The notes beneath the pieces were generated by a model that made no database searches, was not told the DNA's origin, and worked only from the letters and a program-made list of their open reading frames with translations. A DNA stretch of 64,000 nucleotides from Escherichia coli (GTDB lineage Bacteria; Pseudomonadota; Gammaproteobacteria; Enterobacterales; Enterobacteriaceae). This document shows, piece by piece, positions 45,881 through 57,600 of the stretch. Numbering within the stretch: position 1 is the first letter of the stretch; each line of letters begins with the position of its first letter. The DNA lies in NCBI RefSeq assembly GCF_048403405.1, contig NZ_CP183129.1, one strand, 5' to 3'. The position numbers and the translations under genes are program-made.

Positions 45881-47218
45881 TTAGATGATAAATGACAGCA
45901 GGAATGTGCCCGCCAGAGCGACGACTGAAGCGATAAATGTCGCGGTCGTATAGTATTTAAATGTTTCATTGAGCGTAGCGCCGCAATATTGCTTCACCAG
46001 CCAGAAAAGCGAGTCCGTAACGATCGTGCAGCCAATCGCACCTGAACCGATAGCAATCGCAATAATTTCCGGGCTGATGTCGGGATACAGCGGCAGCATG
46101 GGTGCAACAATTGCCGTTGCCCCCATCATTGCCACCGTAGCGGAGCCCACTGCAGCATGCAGAATAAGTGCCACCAACCAGGCCAGAAGAATCGGGTGCA
46201 TATGCATATTGGAGAGAATAACTGCCAGCGTATCAGCGAGACTGCTGCTTTTTAAAATGGCGTTGAATGCGCCTCCGGCCCCGATAATCAGCAAAATATT
46301 AGCAATAGAACCGAAACCATTTTCCGTATGTGTGAGCATCGTCCCCATGCTCATATGCTGGCGTATACCCAACACATAATAGGCGACAAACACGGCGATA
46401 AACATGGCAGTAATAGGGTTGCCAATAAACTCAAGCAAGGTATACAAACCACTCTCACGCGCCATATTCAATTCGGCAATCGTTTTAACCAACATCAGCG
46501 CAATGGGTAGCAGTATGGTGAATAACGTTGCGCCTAATGACGGTAGTGTTTTTTCATCGCGAACTTTGAGATCGGCAAACTCTGTGGGTACAGGTTTAAA
46601 GGGCAGTCGTTGACCCAGAAATTTAAGGAAAAGTGGGCCACCGATCAGTGATGCCATCAGCCCAACCAGCAAACCGTAGACGATCACCGAACCGATATCT
46701 GCGCCCAGCTTATTGGCAACATATAAAGCAGCCGGATGTGGGGGAACCACGCAATGCACTGCCATCAATGCGGTACACAGCGGAATGGCCAGCTTTAACA
46801 ATGAGGTATTGGTTTTTTTGGCCATTGAAAAAGCCAGAGGAATCAATAGCACGACGCCCACTTCAACAAACAGCGTGATGCCGCAAATCAGGCCAACCAG
46901 CACCATAATGACATCAGCTGAAAGCCAGCGACAGCGTTGAAGTGTCAGACCAATTCTTTCTGCGGCCCCGGATACTTCCATCATTTTTCCCAGTATCGTG
47001 CCCAGGCCGATAACCGCAGCAAGGAACCCCAGCGTTCCGCCAATTCCACTTTCAATAGCATTTACCATATCCAGTGGTCCCATACCCATCATCGTTCCCA
47101 CGAAGAAGCTGGCCAGCAACAGCGCCAGAAACGGGTGGAATTTGAACTTCACGATGGTCAGTACAATTAACACGATGCTGATAAGCAGCGTGCTCACAAC
47201 CCAGATTTGAGAGTGCAT
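45881..47218 (-). CDS. dsdX: D-serine transporter (GntP family)
   Basis: 445-aa polytopic membrane protein immediately upstream of dsdA. Confidence 0.9.
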   Translation of the reverse strand: MHSQIWVVSTLLISIVLIVLTIVKFKFHPFLALLLASFFVGTMMGMGPLDMVNAIESGIGGTLGFLAAVIGLGTILGKMMEVSGAAERIGLTLQRCRWLSADVIMVLVGLICGITLFVEVGVVLLIPLAFSMAKKTNTSLLKLAIPLCTALMAVHCVVPPHPAALYVANKLGADIGSVIVYGLLVGLMASLIGGPLFLKFLGQRLPFKPVPTEFADLKVRDEKTLPSLGATLFTILLPIALMLVKTIAELNMARESGLYTLLEFIGNPITAMFIAVFVAYYVLGIRQHMSMGTMLTHTENGFGSIANILLIIGAGGAFNAILKSSSLADTLAVILSNMHMHPILLAWLVALILHAAVGSATVAMMGATAIVAPMLPLYPDISPEIIAIAIGSGAIGCTIVTDSLFWLVKQYCGATLNETFKYYTTATFIASVVALAGTFLLSFII

Positions 47219-47435
47219 ATCTCACCTTCCCCTGTGATTAACCTGATGATATTGGACAAAAAAACAACGCAGGCTGACAAACGATAAAATTTGCCTTTCA
47301 CATGAGCTAAATTGCATCAAGGGAGTGATTTACATCTAAAAATGAAGGTGAATTGAGATATGGTTCACTTTAGCTCACCTTACAGCTGAAATTTTGCCGC
47401 TATTTTTTTACACTTAAGAGAAAAATGAGGTGATT

Positions 47436-48383
47436 ATGGAACCCCTTCGTGAAATAAGAAATCGACTGCTTAACGGCTGGCAACTATCAAAACTGCATAC
47501 TTTTGAAGTGGCTGCCAGGCATCAGTCCTTCGCCCTTGCGGCAGAGGAATTGTCGCTGAGCCCCAGTGCGGTAAGTCACCGTATCAATCAGCTGGAAGAA
47601 GAATTAGGTATTCAGTTGTTTGTTCGTTCCCATCGCAAAGTGGAATTAACGCACGAGGGGAAACGCGTTTATTGGGCGCTAAAATCGTCGCTGGATACCC
47701 TGAACCAGGAAATTCTTGATATCAAAAATCAGGAATTATCGGGAACGTTAACGCTGTATTCCCGGCCCTCTATCGCCCAATGCTGGTTGGTGCCCGCATT
47801 AGGTGACTTTACTCGCCGCTATCCGTCTATTTCGCTCACCGTGCTCACTGGTAATGACAATGTCAATTTGCAACGTGCCGGAATCGATTTGGCGATCTAC
47901 TTTGATGATGCGCCGTCAGCGCAATTGGCTCATCACTTTCTGATGGATGAAGAAATCTTGCCTGTATGTAGCCCGGAATACGCTCAAAGACATGCTTTAA
48001 CCAACCAGGTAATTAACCTGCGCCACTGTTCGTTGCTCCATGACAGACAGGCATGGAGCAACGACTCCGGTACGGATGAATGGCATAGTTGGGCGCAACA
48101 TTATGCGGTTAATTTGCCGACATCTTCTGGGATTGGCTTTGATCGTTCTGATTTAGCTGTTATCGCTGCGATGAATCATATTGGGGTAGCGATGGGAAGA
48201 AAACGCCTGGTACAAAAAAGGCTTGCCAGTGGTGAGCTCGTCGCGCCGTTTGGCGATATGACGGTGAAATGCCATCAGCATTATTACATCACCACATTAC
48301 CGGGCAGGCAGTGGCCAAAAATTGAGGCATTTATTACTTGGTTAAGAGAACAGGTAAGTCAATATGAATGTTATACCTTATAA
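47436..48383 (+). CDS. dsdC: LysR-family activator of dsdXA
   Basis: LysR HTH (TFEVAARHQSFALAAEELSLSPSAVSHRINQLE), divergent from dsdX; start may be 47430. Confidence 0.85.
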   Translation: MEPLREIRNRLLNGWQLSKLHTFEVAARHQSFALAAEELSLSPSAVSHRINQLEEELGIQLFVRSHRKVELTHEGKRVYWALKSSLDTLNQEILDIKNQELSGTLTLYSRPSIAQCWLVPALGDFTRRYPSISLTVLTGNDNVNLQRAGIDLAIYFDDAPSAQLAHHFLMDEEILPVCSPEYAQRHALTNQVINLRHCSLLHDRQAWSNDSGTDEWHSWAQHYAVNLPTSSGIGFDRSDLAVIAAMNHIGVAMGRKRLVQKRLASGELVAPFGDMTVKCHQHYYITTLPGRQWPKIEAFITWLREQVSQYECYTL

Positions 48384-48777
48384 TACATTAAATCATCTGG
48401 TTCCTAAATAACCTTATTATGCACTGTAAGTGTATGTTGGCTTTATAAATTGCAATTTTTATATGGGAATTGTTTTGTCAATAGTTACGAAAAGGATAAA
48501 TAAAATAACCACATCTTCTTGGCGTCGAATATTGGAGAGCGATAATTTATAGTAAACTAGATTACCAGAGAAAAGATAAGTGGCAATATATTTGCTGGTG
48601 GCATTTTTATTAAATATTATATGTGTTGGTTTGTGACTTTAAAAAAATTAATTTTTAATAAAAAGGTGATTTATTTCTCATTTTGATTAATATTGAGGAT
48701 CCATTATGATTATCAGTTGTATGTCATAAAAATGAGGGGCTAAAAGCCTCAATGAATTGAGGCCTTTAGAACAGGGG

Positions 48778-49347
48778 TTATATCTTCTTTATATCTAACA
48801 CATCACCCTCCCATACTCGTTTAAATCTTGCTGCATTACTGGCTGTATATAATACCGTATGATGTATATTTCTGTGCCCTAAATAATCTTGTATTAGTCT
48901 GGTGTCTAACCCTTGATTAGCTAAAGCATACCCACAACCATGCCTAAGCATGTGAGGATGAATATTAATATTCATATTGTGACTATATTTCTTACACATC
49001 TTATACACATATTGTCTCGAGATTTTATTTCCTTGACAAGAAAGAAATAAAGAGTCTTCAAAAGGTTTTTTTACTATGTTATCACGTAGTGCTAGCCATT
49101 TTTTTAATAACAGAACAGTTTCTTTTTGCAGGGGATGTACTGTGGATAATCCATTTTTTAAACGCTTGATATATATTGCTGACTCTGAAAAGTCAATGTC
49201 GCTAATCTTTAGTGCAATAAGCTCGCTTACCCTAAGGCCATGTACATATGCCATTTGTAACATGGCTTTATCTCTAATTTCATTTTTTGAACCGTTGATG
49301 GCTTCAAAAAATAACAACCATTCACTATGAGTAATAAATTTGCGCAT
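48778..49347 (-). CDS. FimB/FimE-like tyrosine site-specific recombinase (IpbA-like)
   Basis: 189-aa ORF with the tyrosine-recombinase C-terminal catalytic region (HPHMLRHGCGYALANQGLDTRLIQDYLGHRNIHHTVLYT) closely resembling FimB/FimE; AT-rich context. The ipbA assignment is recalled from the UPEC literature. Confidence 0.7.
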   Translation of the reverse strand: MRKFITHSEWLLFFEAINGSKNEIRDKAMLQMAYVHGLRVSELIALKISDIDFSESAIYIKRLKNGLSTVHPLQKETVLLLKKWLALRDNIVKKPFEDSLFLSCQGNKISRQYVYKMCKKYSHNMNINIHPHMLRHGCGYALANQGLDTRLIQDYLGHRNIHHTVLYTASNAARFKRVWEGDVLDIKKI

Positions 49348-50094
49348 AATATTATCGGTTATACTAATTAAGTTAAAAAATAAACTATAAATACCAGAGC
49401 CTGGTATTATTGCTTGTTTTTTATAAGCAAGTAATGAGCTGGGGTTTAAATTATGCCACTAAATGGATATTCATCAATACCCCGCCAGAGAGATAGTTGC
49501 TCAGTGGGTATAGATTATTATTAGTCAACCAGTGAGCATAAATAAGCACAAGAAGTTGCGTATTATGAATAATGATTCAATGCCATGCTGGTGGTTTTTT
49601 GTGGTGAAAATATTTGTACCTTTTTGTTTACGGATGAAAAATAAACAGCCATATTATTTTGGTTAATTATTGTGTTAGTTTTAACACTCGGTGATGTTTT
49701 TTGTTATAGTGCATTAATTTTTAAATAAAAAAATTCATACATTCATGGATGTAATATATACAAGATACAATGTTAATTTTAGATAAAATATTAATTGCAT
49801 TGGATACTTTTTAAATATGCCGATGTTGAGCTTAATTTTATGAGGGAATGCTATTTCGGGCTGTAGGACTTTTTTATAATCATCTTATAGGGCTCTTTAT
49901 ATTTACAGGAGGGTTTTGAACGATAGTTACATAACGAAGGTTGTTTGTATGCGTTTACAAGCGATTAATTAGATTAGGTGAATTTTAATAAATTAATCTA
50001 TAATCATACAGCAACTATATGAATTATATTATTGACTAAATTTAATTCTTTCATCATAGTTGACATGGCTATTTTATATCAATAGAGGTGATTT

Positions 50095-50724
50095 ATGCAA
50101 AACAGAAAATTTTTAACGCATCATGAAATTAATTTACTACTTCAATCTGTAAAACAAAAGAGTTGCTCTTCACGCGATGTTTGCATGATTTTATTGGCTT
50201 ATTTTCATGGTCTGCGTGTTAGTGAGCTCTTATCTCTGCAGTTGTCGGATTTAGAACTAACTACAGAAAAAATATATATTCAACGGATAAAAAATGGATT
50301 CAGTACAGTCCATCCACTTCAAAAGGAAGAGGTGATTGCAATAACAAACTGGCTGAATGAAAGGAATTCATTAAATGTTAAACATTTCAATGATAACCCG
50401 TGGTTATTTGTTTCCCGAACAGGAAAACCATTATCGAGACAACGATTTTATAACATAGTTTCTGCTGCGGGTAAAAATGCAGGTTTAAATATTAAAGTTC
50501 ATCCACATATGTTACGCCATGCATGTGGTTATTCACTAGCAGATAATGGTGTGGATACCCGTCTTATTCAGGACTATCTCGGGCATCGTAATATCAGGCA
50601 TACGGTAATTTATACTGCTTCTAATTCAATGAGATTTGAAAAAATGTGGGGGAGAGGTGACGCAAAAAAGCAACATTTTGACCCAAAATGTAAACCCAAT
50701 CTTTGTTTAGAAATTCTCGTATAG
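50095..50724 (+). CDS. FimB/FimE-like tyrosine site-specific recombinase (IpuA-like), 3' end overlaps a candidate invertible switch
   Basis: 209-aa ORF, paralog of the preceding recombinase (HPHMLRHACGYSLADNGVDTRLIQDYLGHRNIRHTVIYT); the last 11-17 codons lie inside the inverted-repeat-bounded segment. The ipuA assignment is recalled from the UPEC literature. Confidence 0.7.
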   Translation: MQNRKFLTHHEINLLLQSVKQKSCSSRDVCMILLAYFHGLRVSELLSLQLSDLELTTEKIYIQRIKNGFSTVHPLQKEEVIAITNWLNERNSLNVKHFNDNPWLFVSRTGKPLSRQRFYNIVSAAGKNAGLNIKVHPHMLRHACGYSLADNGVDTRLIQDYLGHRNIRHTVIYTASNSMRFEKMWGRGDAKKQHFDPKCKPNLCLEILV

Positions 50725-50886
50725 AAAAACATTTTTTTCTATAAAAAACATTAAATTTACTGATTTAGATCAATATGTGACGTCAATCTACACATAAAGA
50801 GGTAGGTTTGTCTTCTTTTTAATCTTTGGCGTATAAAGCCAAAATGTAAATAATAATCAAAATTATATTCTGAATTAAAATAAATA

Positions 50887-50910
50887 CGCAGGTTTTTTAC
50901 CTGCGTTTTG
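50887..50910 (+). terminator. Terminator-like hairpin inside the switch, currently facing ipuR
   Basis: cgcaggt-ttttt-acctgcg stem-loop followed by tttt. Confidence 0.4.
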
Positions 50911-50915
50911 TGCTA

Positions 50916-50944
50916 TTTATAGTTAATTAAATTGATGTTGTCAA
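50916..50944 (-). promoter_or_regulatory. Near-consensus sigma70 promoter inside the switch, currently directed toward the recombinase gene
   Basis: Minus strand reads TTGACA (50944-50939), a 17-nt spacer, then TATAAA (50921-50916). Confidence 0.45.
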
Positions 50945-51041
50945 AATGGGTCATTTTGTAAACCTGTGCCTCAAGGTTTGTCTCCCCCCGGTGTGCAAAG
51001 CAAAAGGAAATTGGGAAAGGGGATAACAGGAAATTGATTGC

Positions 51042-51662
51042 ATGGTTTTGATTACGACGACAAAAAATATTTTTTTAATTCAAGCAATTAAGAGTATGCG
51101 TTGGCGGGGTTTTTCGTACGTGAAAGTCATCGCTGTGGACGACTATTCTTCTCTGATTCGTGATTTTGGCACATCTTGCTTTCGGGATGAGCAATCGTTG
51201 TTGTTACCTGTATTCCCTGATAATGATTCTACTACCTGTATACGCTCACTGTATTTCATTCACCAATGGCTAAAAAGCCAGCCTGTCAATATTCCGTGCC
51301 TGGCATGGGGGGATAATGGTGTAGTTAGTAATAAAGGCATACCTTTCATACCGTGGAAATTAACAGCAGAGCAATTTTGTTTCTATATAGATAAATTTAT
51401 CAATGGCTGGAGGTGCAAAAAAAATATTCGCGCGAATCATAAAGTTTCTTTTTTAGAACGACAATTATCCCCGAGGGAGAAAAGTATCTTTATATATACC
51501 AAGGAAGGAAAAGATATTGCATGGATCTCGAACACCTTGGGTATATCCAGTAAGACTGTGTGGACGCATCGTCGTAGAGCTATGGATAAACTCGGGGTAA
51601 AACGTTTACATCAATTTATAAATATTCCGCGTTCCCTTATTAGTGAAAATATTCAATTTTAA
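51042..51662 (+). CDS. LuxR-type HTH transcriptional regulator (IpuR-like)
   Basis: 206-aa ORF; C-terminal LuxR/FixJ-type HTH (LSPREKSIFIYTKEGKDIAWISNTLGISSKTVWTHRRRAMDKLGV); N-terminal domain without recognisable receiver motifs. Confidence 0.7.
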   Translation: MVLITTTKNIFLIQAIKSMRWRGFSYVKVIAVDDYSSLIRDFGTSCFRDEQSLLLPVFPDNDSTTCIRSLYFIHQWLKSQPVNIPCLAWGDNGVVSNKGIPFIPWKLTAEQFCFYIDKFINGWRCKKNIRANHKVSFLERQLSPREKSIFIYTKEGKDIAWISNTLGISSKTVWTHRRRAMDKLGVKRLHQFINIPRSLISENIQF

Positions 51663-51686
51663 TGTACGTTCAAGAGTATTAGTGTT

Positions 51687-54600
51687 ATGAATAAAATATA
51701 TAAAGTCATTTGGAACCATACAACCCAAAAATGGGATGTTGTTTCAGAATTGACGAGTTGTAGAAAAAAATGTAAATCAACTCGCTTAGGAATTGCTTTA
51801 TCAGCAATGGTTCTGGGGGGCGCTATTGCAATTAATTGCAATAGCGCAATGGCAGATGTCATATTGTCACCAGACTGGCGTCCGGGTACGAATAAATCGG
51901 GTGTTGGGGCTGCAACAGTAAGTGGTAAAACCGAATACATCACTGGTCCAAATGTCGTCCAGTCTGGTGGGTCAGGTCTTATCTGGATGACTGTAGAACA
52001 GGCAATTTTAAATGGCTACACCACTGGAGATAATTTATCCGGATTGATTTACGTCAATACCGGAGAAAAAACAAAAACCATTACAGTGAAGGATGAGGTT
52101 ACTGGCGCTTCTCAAACACTTCAAGTGTTTGATACTGACTCTTTCTCACAACGCGATGCGGGGACTGGGGGAAATGAAACCATTCCTGGTTTTAGTGGCA
52201 CTGCGGATTTTTTCAATGCGACACGTTTTGTAACAGCCAATAATGGCGGTACAGCTATTTTGGATGTGGGTTCACCAGCAATCGGTAATTTTTTTAAAAA
52301 TACACAGCTTGCTGTAGCTGATGGAGAAGGTTCCTCTGTTGTATGGAACTCGGTCAATGATTTTTATTTTCAGCCTGGTGCAACCATGCAGGGGGGCGGC
52401 GTTACTCAAAAAATCATTGACTCAATGAAATATGCTGGAACAATTACTGATTGGGCGGGAAAAGTACACCATATTAACTCTCTTGATGATTTAAAGCAAT
52501 ATAATCAATATTTGATAAAGTCACTAGAGGACAAAACGCTATCTTATAAGCAGTATGATGCTGAATTTAATAAGGCCCTTATTGTCACTAAGCATAATTA
52601 CAATGTAGATATGACCGCAGGGGGACGCATAGACTCAACTCCTTACAAAGAAAATGTAGGGCTGCTTGCTGTTCTCCATGCAACCAATAATGCACGAGCA
52701 ATATTAGGTAAAACGGGTAAATTAACTGGAGTTCTTCCTGCCTATGGGAATGGAGGAGGGATCGTTGCAACTAATGGTGGGACTGGTGTTAATGAAGGGG
52801 TCATTGATGCCATTGGTACTGAAATGATTGCCTATCAAGACAGTACCATTGTTAACGATGGTACACTTTTTGTTTGGGATAATAATGATAAATATGCTCT
52901 CCAGGCAGAGGGGATGGTTGCCGGTAGTAATGGTTCTTCAGCCATTAATAATGGTGTTATTAATATTCGCCCATTTAAAAATGCTTTCGCTCCAGAGGGG
53001 ATTAACACCGCAATTGTTGTTAGTAATGGGGGCATGGCAACAAATAAAGGCACAATAAATATTACTGCCGATGCATCAACTAATGATAATAATGGCAAAA
53101 CACGAGGTGTAAATGTTGGAGCTGGAGGCTCTTTTATTAACTCGGCCTTCGGGAGCATCAATGTAGGTATTGCGGAGGATAAAACTGCGACTCATTCGGC
53201 TGTGGGTTCTGTTGCGATTGAAGTACAAAATGGTGCAAACAAAGTCGTTAATGAAGGTACTATTTTTTTGGGCAGGGGGGCTCAGGGGAACTACGGAATC
53301 CTGGCAAAGGATGCCGGGACTGTTGATGTGGTAAATAAAGGGACTATCACTATTGACGGTCATGACAGTGATGCACCTGCACTGAATGTTGGCATGCTGG
53401 CAAATAATAGCTCCGGGATGAAAAACTCCGGGATTATCAATGTTAATGGTCTGAACAGCACCGGGCTACAGGTAATCAATGCAGGACAGTTGAATTCTGA
53501 CGGTACGATAAATGTTGGCGGCAAGGGTATCAGTAGTGGTTTCCGTAACTATGGTGCCTGGGTGGAAGGTGCCGGAAGCAATGTTAATGTATCCGGAAAA
53601 ATCAGTCTTGCCGGTACGGGGGCTGTGGGGGTTTTTGCTAAAGATGGCGGCAGTCTGACCCTGTCAGGCAATGGTGCAGTGCTATTTGGCAGCAGCGATC
53701 AGATAGGCTTTTATGTCTATGGAAAGGACTCTGCCATTCATAATACCGGAAGCGGTGTTATGGATGTGTCCACTGAAAACTCAACATTATTCCGTATTGC
53801 CAGCGGTGCGACATTCCAGGGAACTGCAGATGCTTCTTCTGCACTTACGGCGTCTGGTAAGAACTCTTATGCACTTATTGCCACGGGGAAATCGGATGGC
53901 GGTGTGGCCTCGACAGTAACGTCTGGAGGAATGACCATCAACCTGACGGGTGAGGGGGCTACAGCGACTTTAATTGAAGGGGGAGCGCAGGGCACAATTG
54001 AAAGTAATGCCATTATCAATATGGATAATGCCAGTGCGATAGCCGGTATTGCGGATGGCAATGGCTATGATATTTCCGGCAAACTCATTAATCCGAAGGA
54101 CAAGACCACACTATTAACGGCGGGGGCTCAGTTAAGTTCCACCCAGGATAAAGTGACCGGGTATATCGCCCGTAATGGGGCCACTCTAAATAATACCGGT
54201 AATATCATCTTTACTGGAAAGAATACAGTGGGCGTCCGGGTTGAGGAGGGGGCTGTTGGTACCAACAGCGGAAATATTACAGTTCAGGATGGTGGTGTGG
54301 GACTAATTGCTAATGCCACACAAGATGTCACAACGATTAATAACTCGGGAAATCTCATTCTCAAGGGGGGAGATAATGCTAACCGTACAACGGGTATAAA
54401 AGCATCTGGTACAACAACAACGGTTAATATGACCGCGGGTACTATATCTTTGCAGGGACAGGGGGCGATTGGCGTTGAGGCCAGCAATAAAGGGACTGTT
54501 AACCTTGATGGTTCGGCAGTACCGAACTTTGCTGCTGACGGCTCTGGTATTACCGATCAGATTGCTTTTCGTATTATCGGAGATGGTGCAACCATTAAGA

Positions 54601-57600
54601 CGAATATTGCACCGGGAACTCTGCTGGATGCCCGTGGGGAACGTTCTGTACTTTTCCGTATTGAAGATGGGGCAAAACAGGCCGGCTCTCTGCTGATGAA
54701 AACCTCCGGGACAGGCAGCCGTGGTATCTGGGCCACAGGGAAAGGGAGCAATGTCCTGGCTGATGCTGGCAGTGATTTCCAGATCCTGGGCGCTCAGGCT
54801 CAGGGATTATATGTAACTGGTGGTGCGACAGCGACGCTGAAACAGGGGGCATCAGTTAACCTTGTAGGGGATGGCGCTGTTGTCGCGGAAGTTGACGGAA
54901 ATGAATACGCTCTGGATGGCAGTATTACACAAACGAATACTGGCTCGGTTATTACCAATGAGGCAGATATCTCTTCGCCGCTGAATAATGCCAAGGGCTT
55001 TATTACGCGTAATCAGGGACTGTTGATTAACAGCGGCAACATTGATTTCACTACCGGTACAGATAATATCGGCGTCTGGGTTGATAATGGTCGTTTTGAA
55101 AATACAGGAAGCCGTATAGCGGTCAATGGCGTTGCATTATTTGTTGAAGGTAAACACGCTCAGATTACCAGCACGGGAGGGGATATCGTCGCTGTGGATG
55201 GTGAGGCTGCCATTAAGCTGGGGGCGGGCGCGTCACTGAACCTGGCAGGGAGTGGCCTGGGAACGATCGAAGGTCAGAAAAATGCGCATGGCATCCTGCT
55301 GGATACAGGGGCTGTGGGGCTGGTTATTGATGGTGCGAAAATCAATGTTAATGCTGCAGGTGCGGTCGGTCACGGGATTGAGAACCGTGCAGAAATTGAA
55401 GGCATTCAGTTAACCAATACGACTGAAATTAATGTGGCTGATGGCATTGGTGTGCGAACTTCTGCTTCTCTGGCCAAGACCAACAGCGGCACTATTAATG
55501 TAGACGGCAGTGGAATTGCACTGGCGTTCCAGAAAGCTGACGGAAGTGAAACCGATAATAACCTGGATATGTCTGACTCCGCTGGATTAGTCATTAATCT
55601 GAAAGGCACGGGCGGCACGGGTATTTTTGCCAACACTAAAGATGGTGCTGTCGTGAAGAGTGGTGCAAGTGTCAATGTTACACAGGCCGATGGCGGTTCC
55701 GCTCTGGTGGTTAACAATGCGGCCAGTGAAGTGGTTCAGAGCGGTAATCTCATCTCTGCTTCTCTGAGTCATGCCGTAGTGGATGCTTCAAAAGCACAGT
55801 CCTTTACCAATAAAGGTCAGATTAAAGCTGCGTCCGCCACCGGGACTGCAATGGCGTTTGATGACGCAGTGAATACCACCGTACTGAATGACAGCGGTGC
55901 TGAAATTCAGGGGGTTGTGGCTCTGAACGGCGGTGATAACACATTCACCAATAAAGGCAGTATTACCGGAACCGTCAGTGCAAAAGAGGGTAACAATACA
56001 TTTTTATTTGATGATGGCAGCATACTGACAGGAGAAGTGACTGCAGGAAATGGCAATAACAATGTAACGCTCAATGGTAAGGCTGATGTTGATAAGGTTA
56101 CTGCCGGTACCGGGAAGAACACCTTCACCATTAAAGGCGAAGGGGCAACCTGGAACCTGCTGGATGGCGGGCAGGGAGATTCTGATTCCCTGATTTTTGA
56201 TAACGCCATTCATACGCTGGATTCTGTTGTAAAACTACAGAATTTTGAACATGTCGGGCTGAAGAACAGTTCGCTTGTCACTCTGAAGGAAGCTCTTGTG
56301 CTGACCGATGGGGGGACCGGCCCGGGGGCCGTCGATATTGAATCGGGCAGCGAACTGGCCATTATTCCTGCAGTTGCAGGCAACTTTACCTTTGATCCAC
56401 TGTTAACAGGCAAAGGAACACTGTCTGCCCGTCTTGATGCCGACACATCTGCTTTTGAATTCAGCCATAACGTCGGGGATCAATTTGCCGGAACTCTGAA
56501 GCTGGGTACCAGTAGCTTTGCTCTGGAAGGGCTGAATACGAGCGGGTTAACCCATGCAATGCTGATGTCTGAAACCGGGAATATCACAACGGTTGGCTCC
56601 GGTGTTCAGCAGATTGGCGGTCTTGGGTTCAATGGCGGAACGCTGATTTTTGGTTCCGTTATGCCGGGCGATACCATTGCCAGCAACAGTATTGAAACCT
56701 CTGCTGCAGGTACGCTGGATATCCGGGGGAAAGGCACAATTCAGGTCACCATGCCAGATGAAGTGATTAATGATATTCCGGCTGTTGATACCCGTAAGAA
56801 TTTGCTGGAGCAGGATGATGCGCAGACCCTGGTCACACTGGTGAATGCAGCGGGTACCGTCACCGGTACTGGCGGGCAACTGCAACTGGTGGATGAAAAC
56901 GGGCAGGCTATTTCTCACAGTCAGACGTTTGATGTCACTCAGGGCGGTGAAGTTGTAGCTCAGGGAAATTATGACTATAAGCTGCTGGGAAGCTCCGACG
57001 GGATTAAAGGTGACGGACTGTACATAGGCTATGGGCTGAAGTCGCTGGATTTACAGGGAACCGGTGATAAAGCGCTGGTGCTGACACCGAGAGCGAATGC
57101 CCAGGGACTGCAGACAGATCTTGGCGCACAGTTAACGGGGGCAGGGGATCTGGCCATCGAAGCTGCGGGGCAGGTTGTCACACTGTCTAACGGCGGTAAT
57201 AACTACACCGGGGATACGCTGGTGCGCAGCGGCACATTACAGATGGCAAATGATAATGTACTTGGCGCAACAGGTAATCTGAACGTCGCCAGCAATGCCG
57301 TCTTCAGAACAAACGGATACAGCCAGACTGTCGGTGCACTGCAGACAGAAACGGGAGCGCACATTCAGCTTGATAGCGGTAGTGTACTAACGGTCAGCGG
57401 CACGCAGCGTCAGCCGGGGGATGATAATGGTGGCATCATTGAAAACAATGTGCTGACCGGAGACGGTACGCTGGCTGTCACGGGCAGCAATCTGACGGTA
57501 CATGGCACCAATATCGGGTTTACGGGTAATGCCAGCCTTACCCAGGGGGCGCTGGTTGAAATGAACGGCGCACAGGGGCTGGGAAGCCAGGGCTCCATCA

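Larger units (their letters stand above)
50674..50958. promoter_or_regulatory. Candidate invertible phase-variation switch (ipuS-like), about 261 bp between inverted repeats
   Basis: Inverted repeats caaaatg (50684-50690) and cattttg (50952-50958), nested with cattttgac (50674-50682) and gtcaaaatg (50940-50948); lies between a FimB/E-like recombinase gene and a LuxR regulator/autotransporter pair. Confidence 0.5.
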
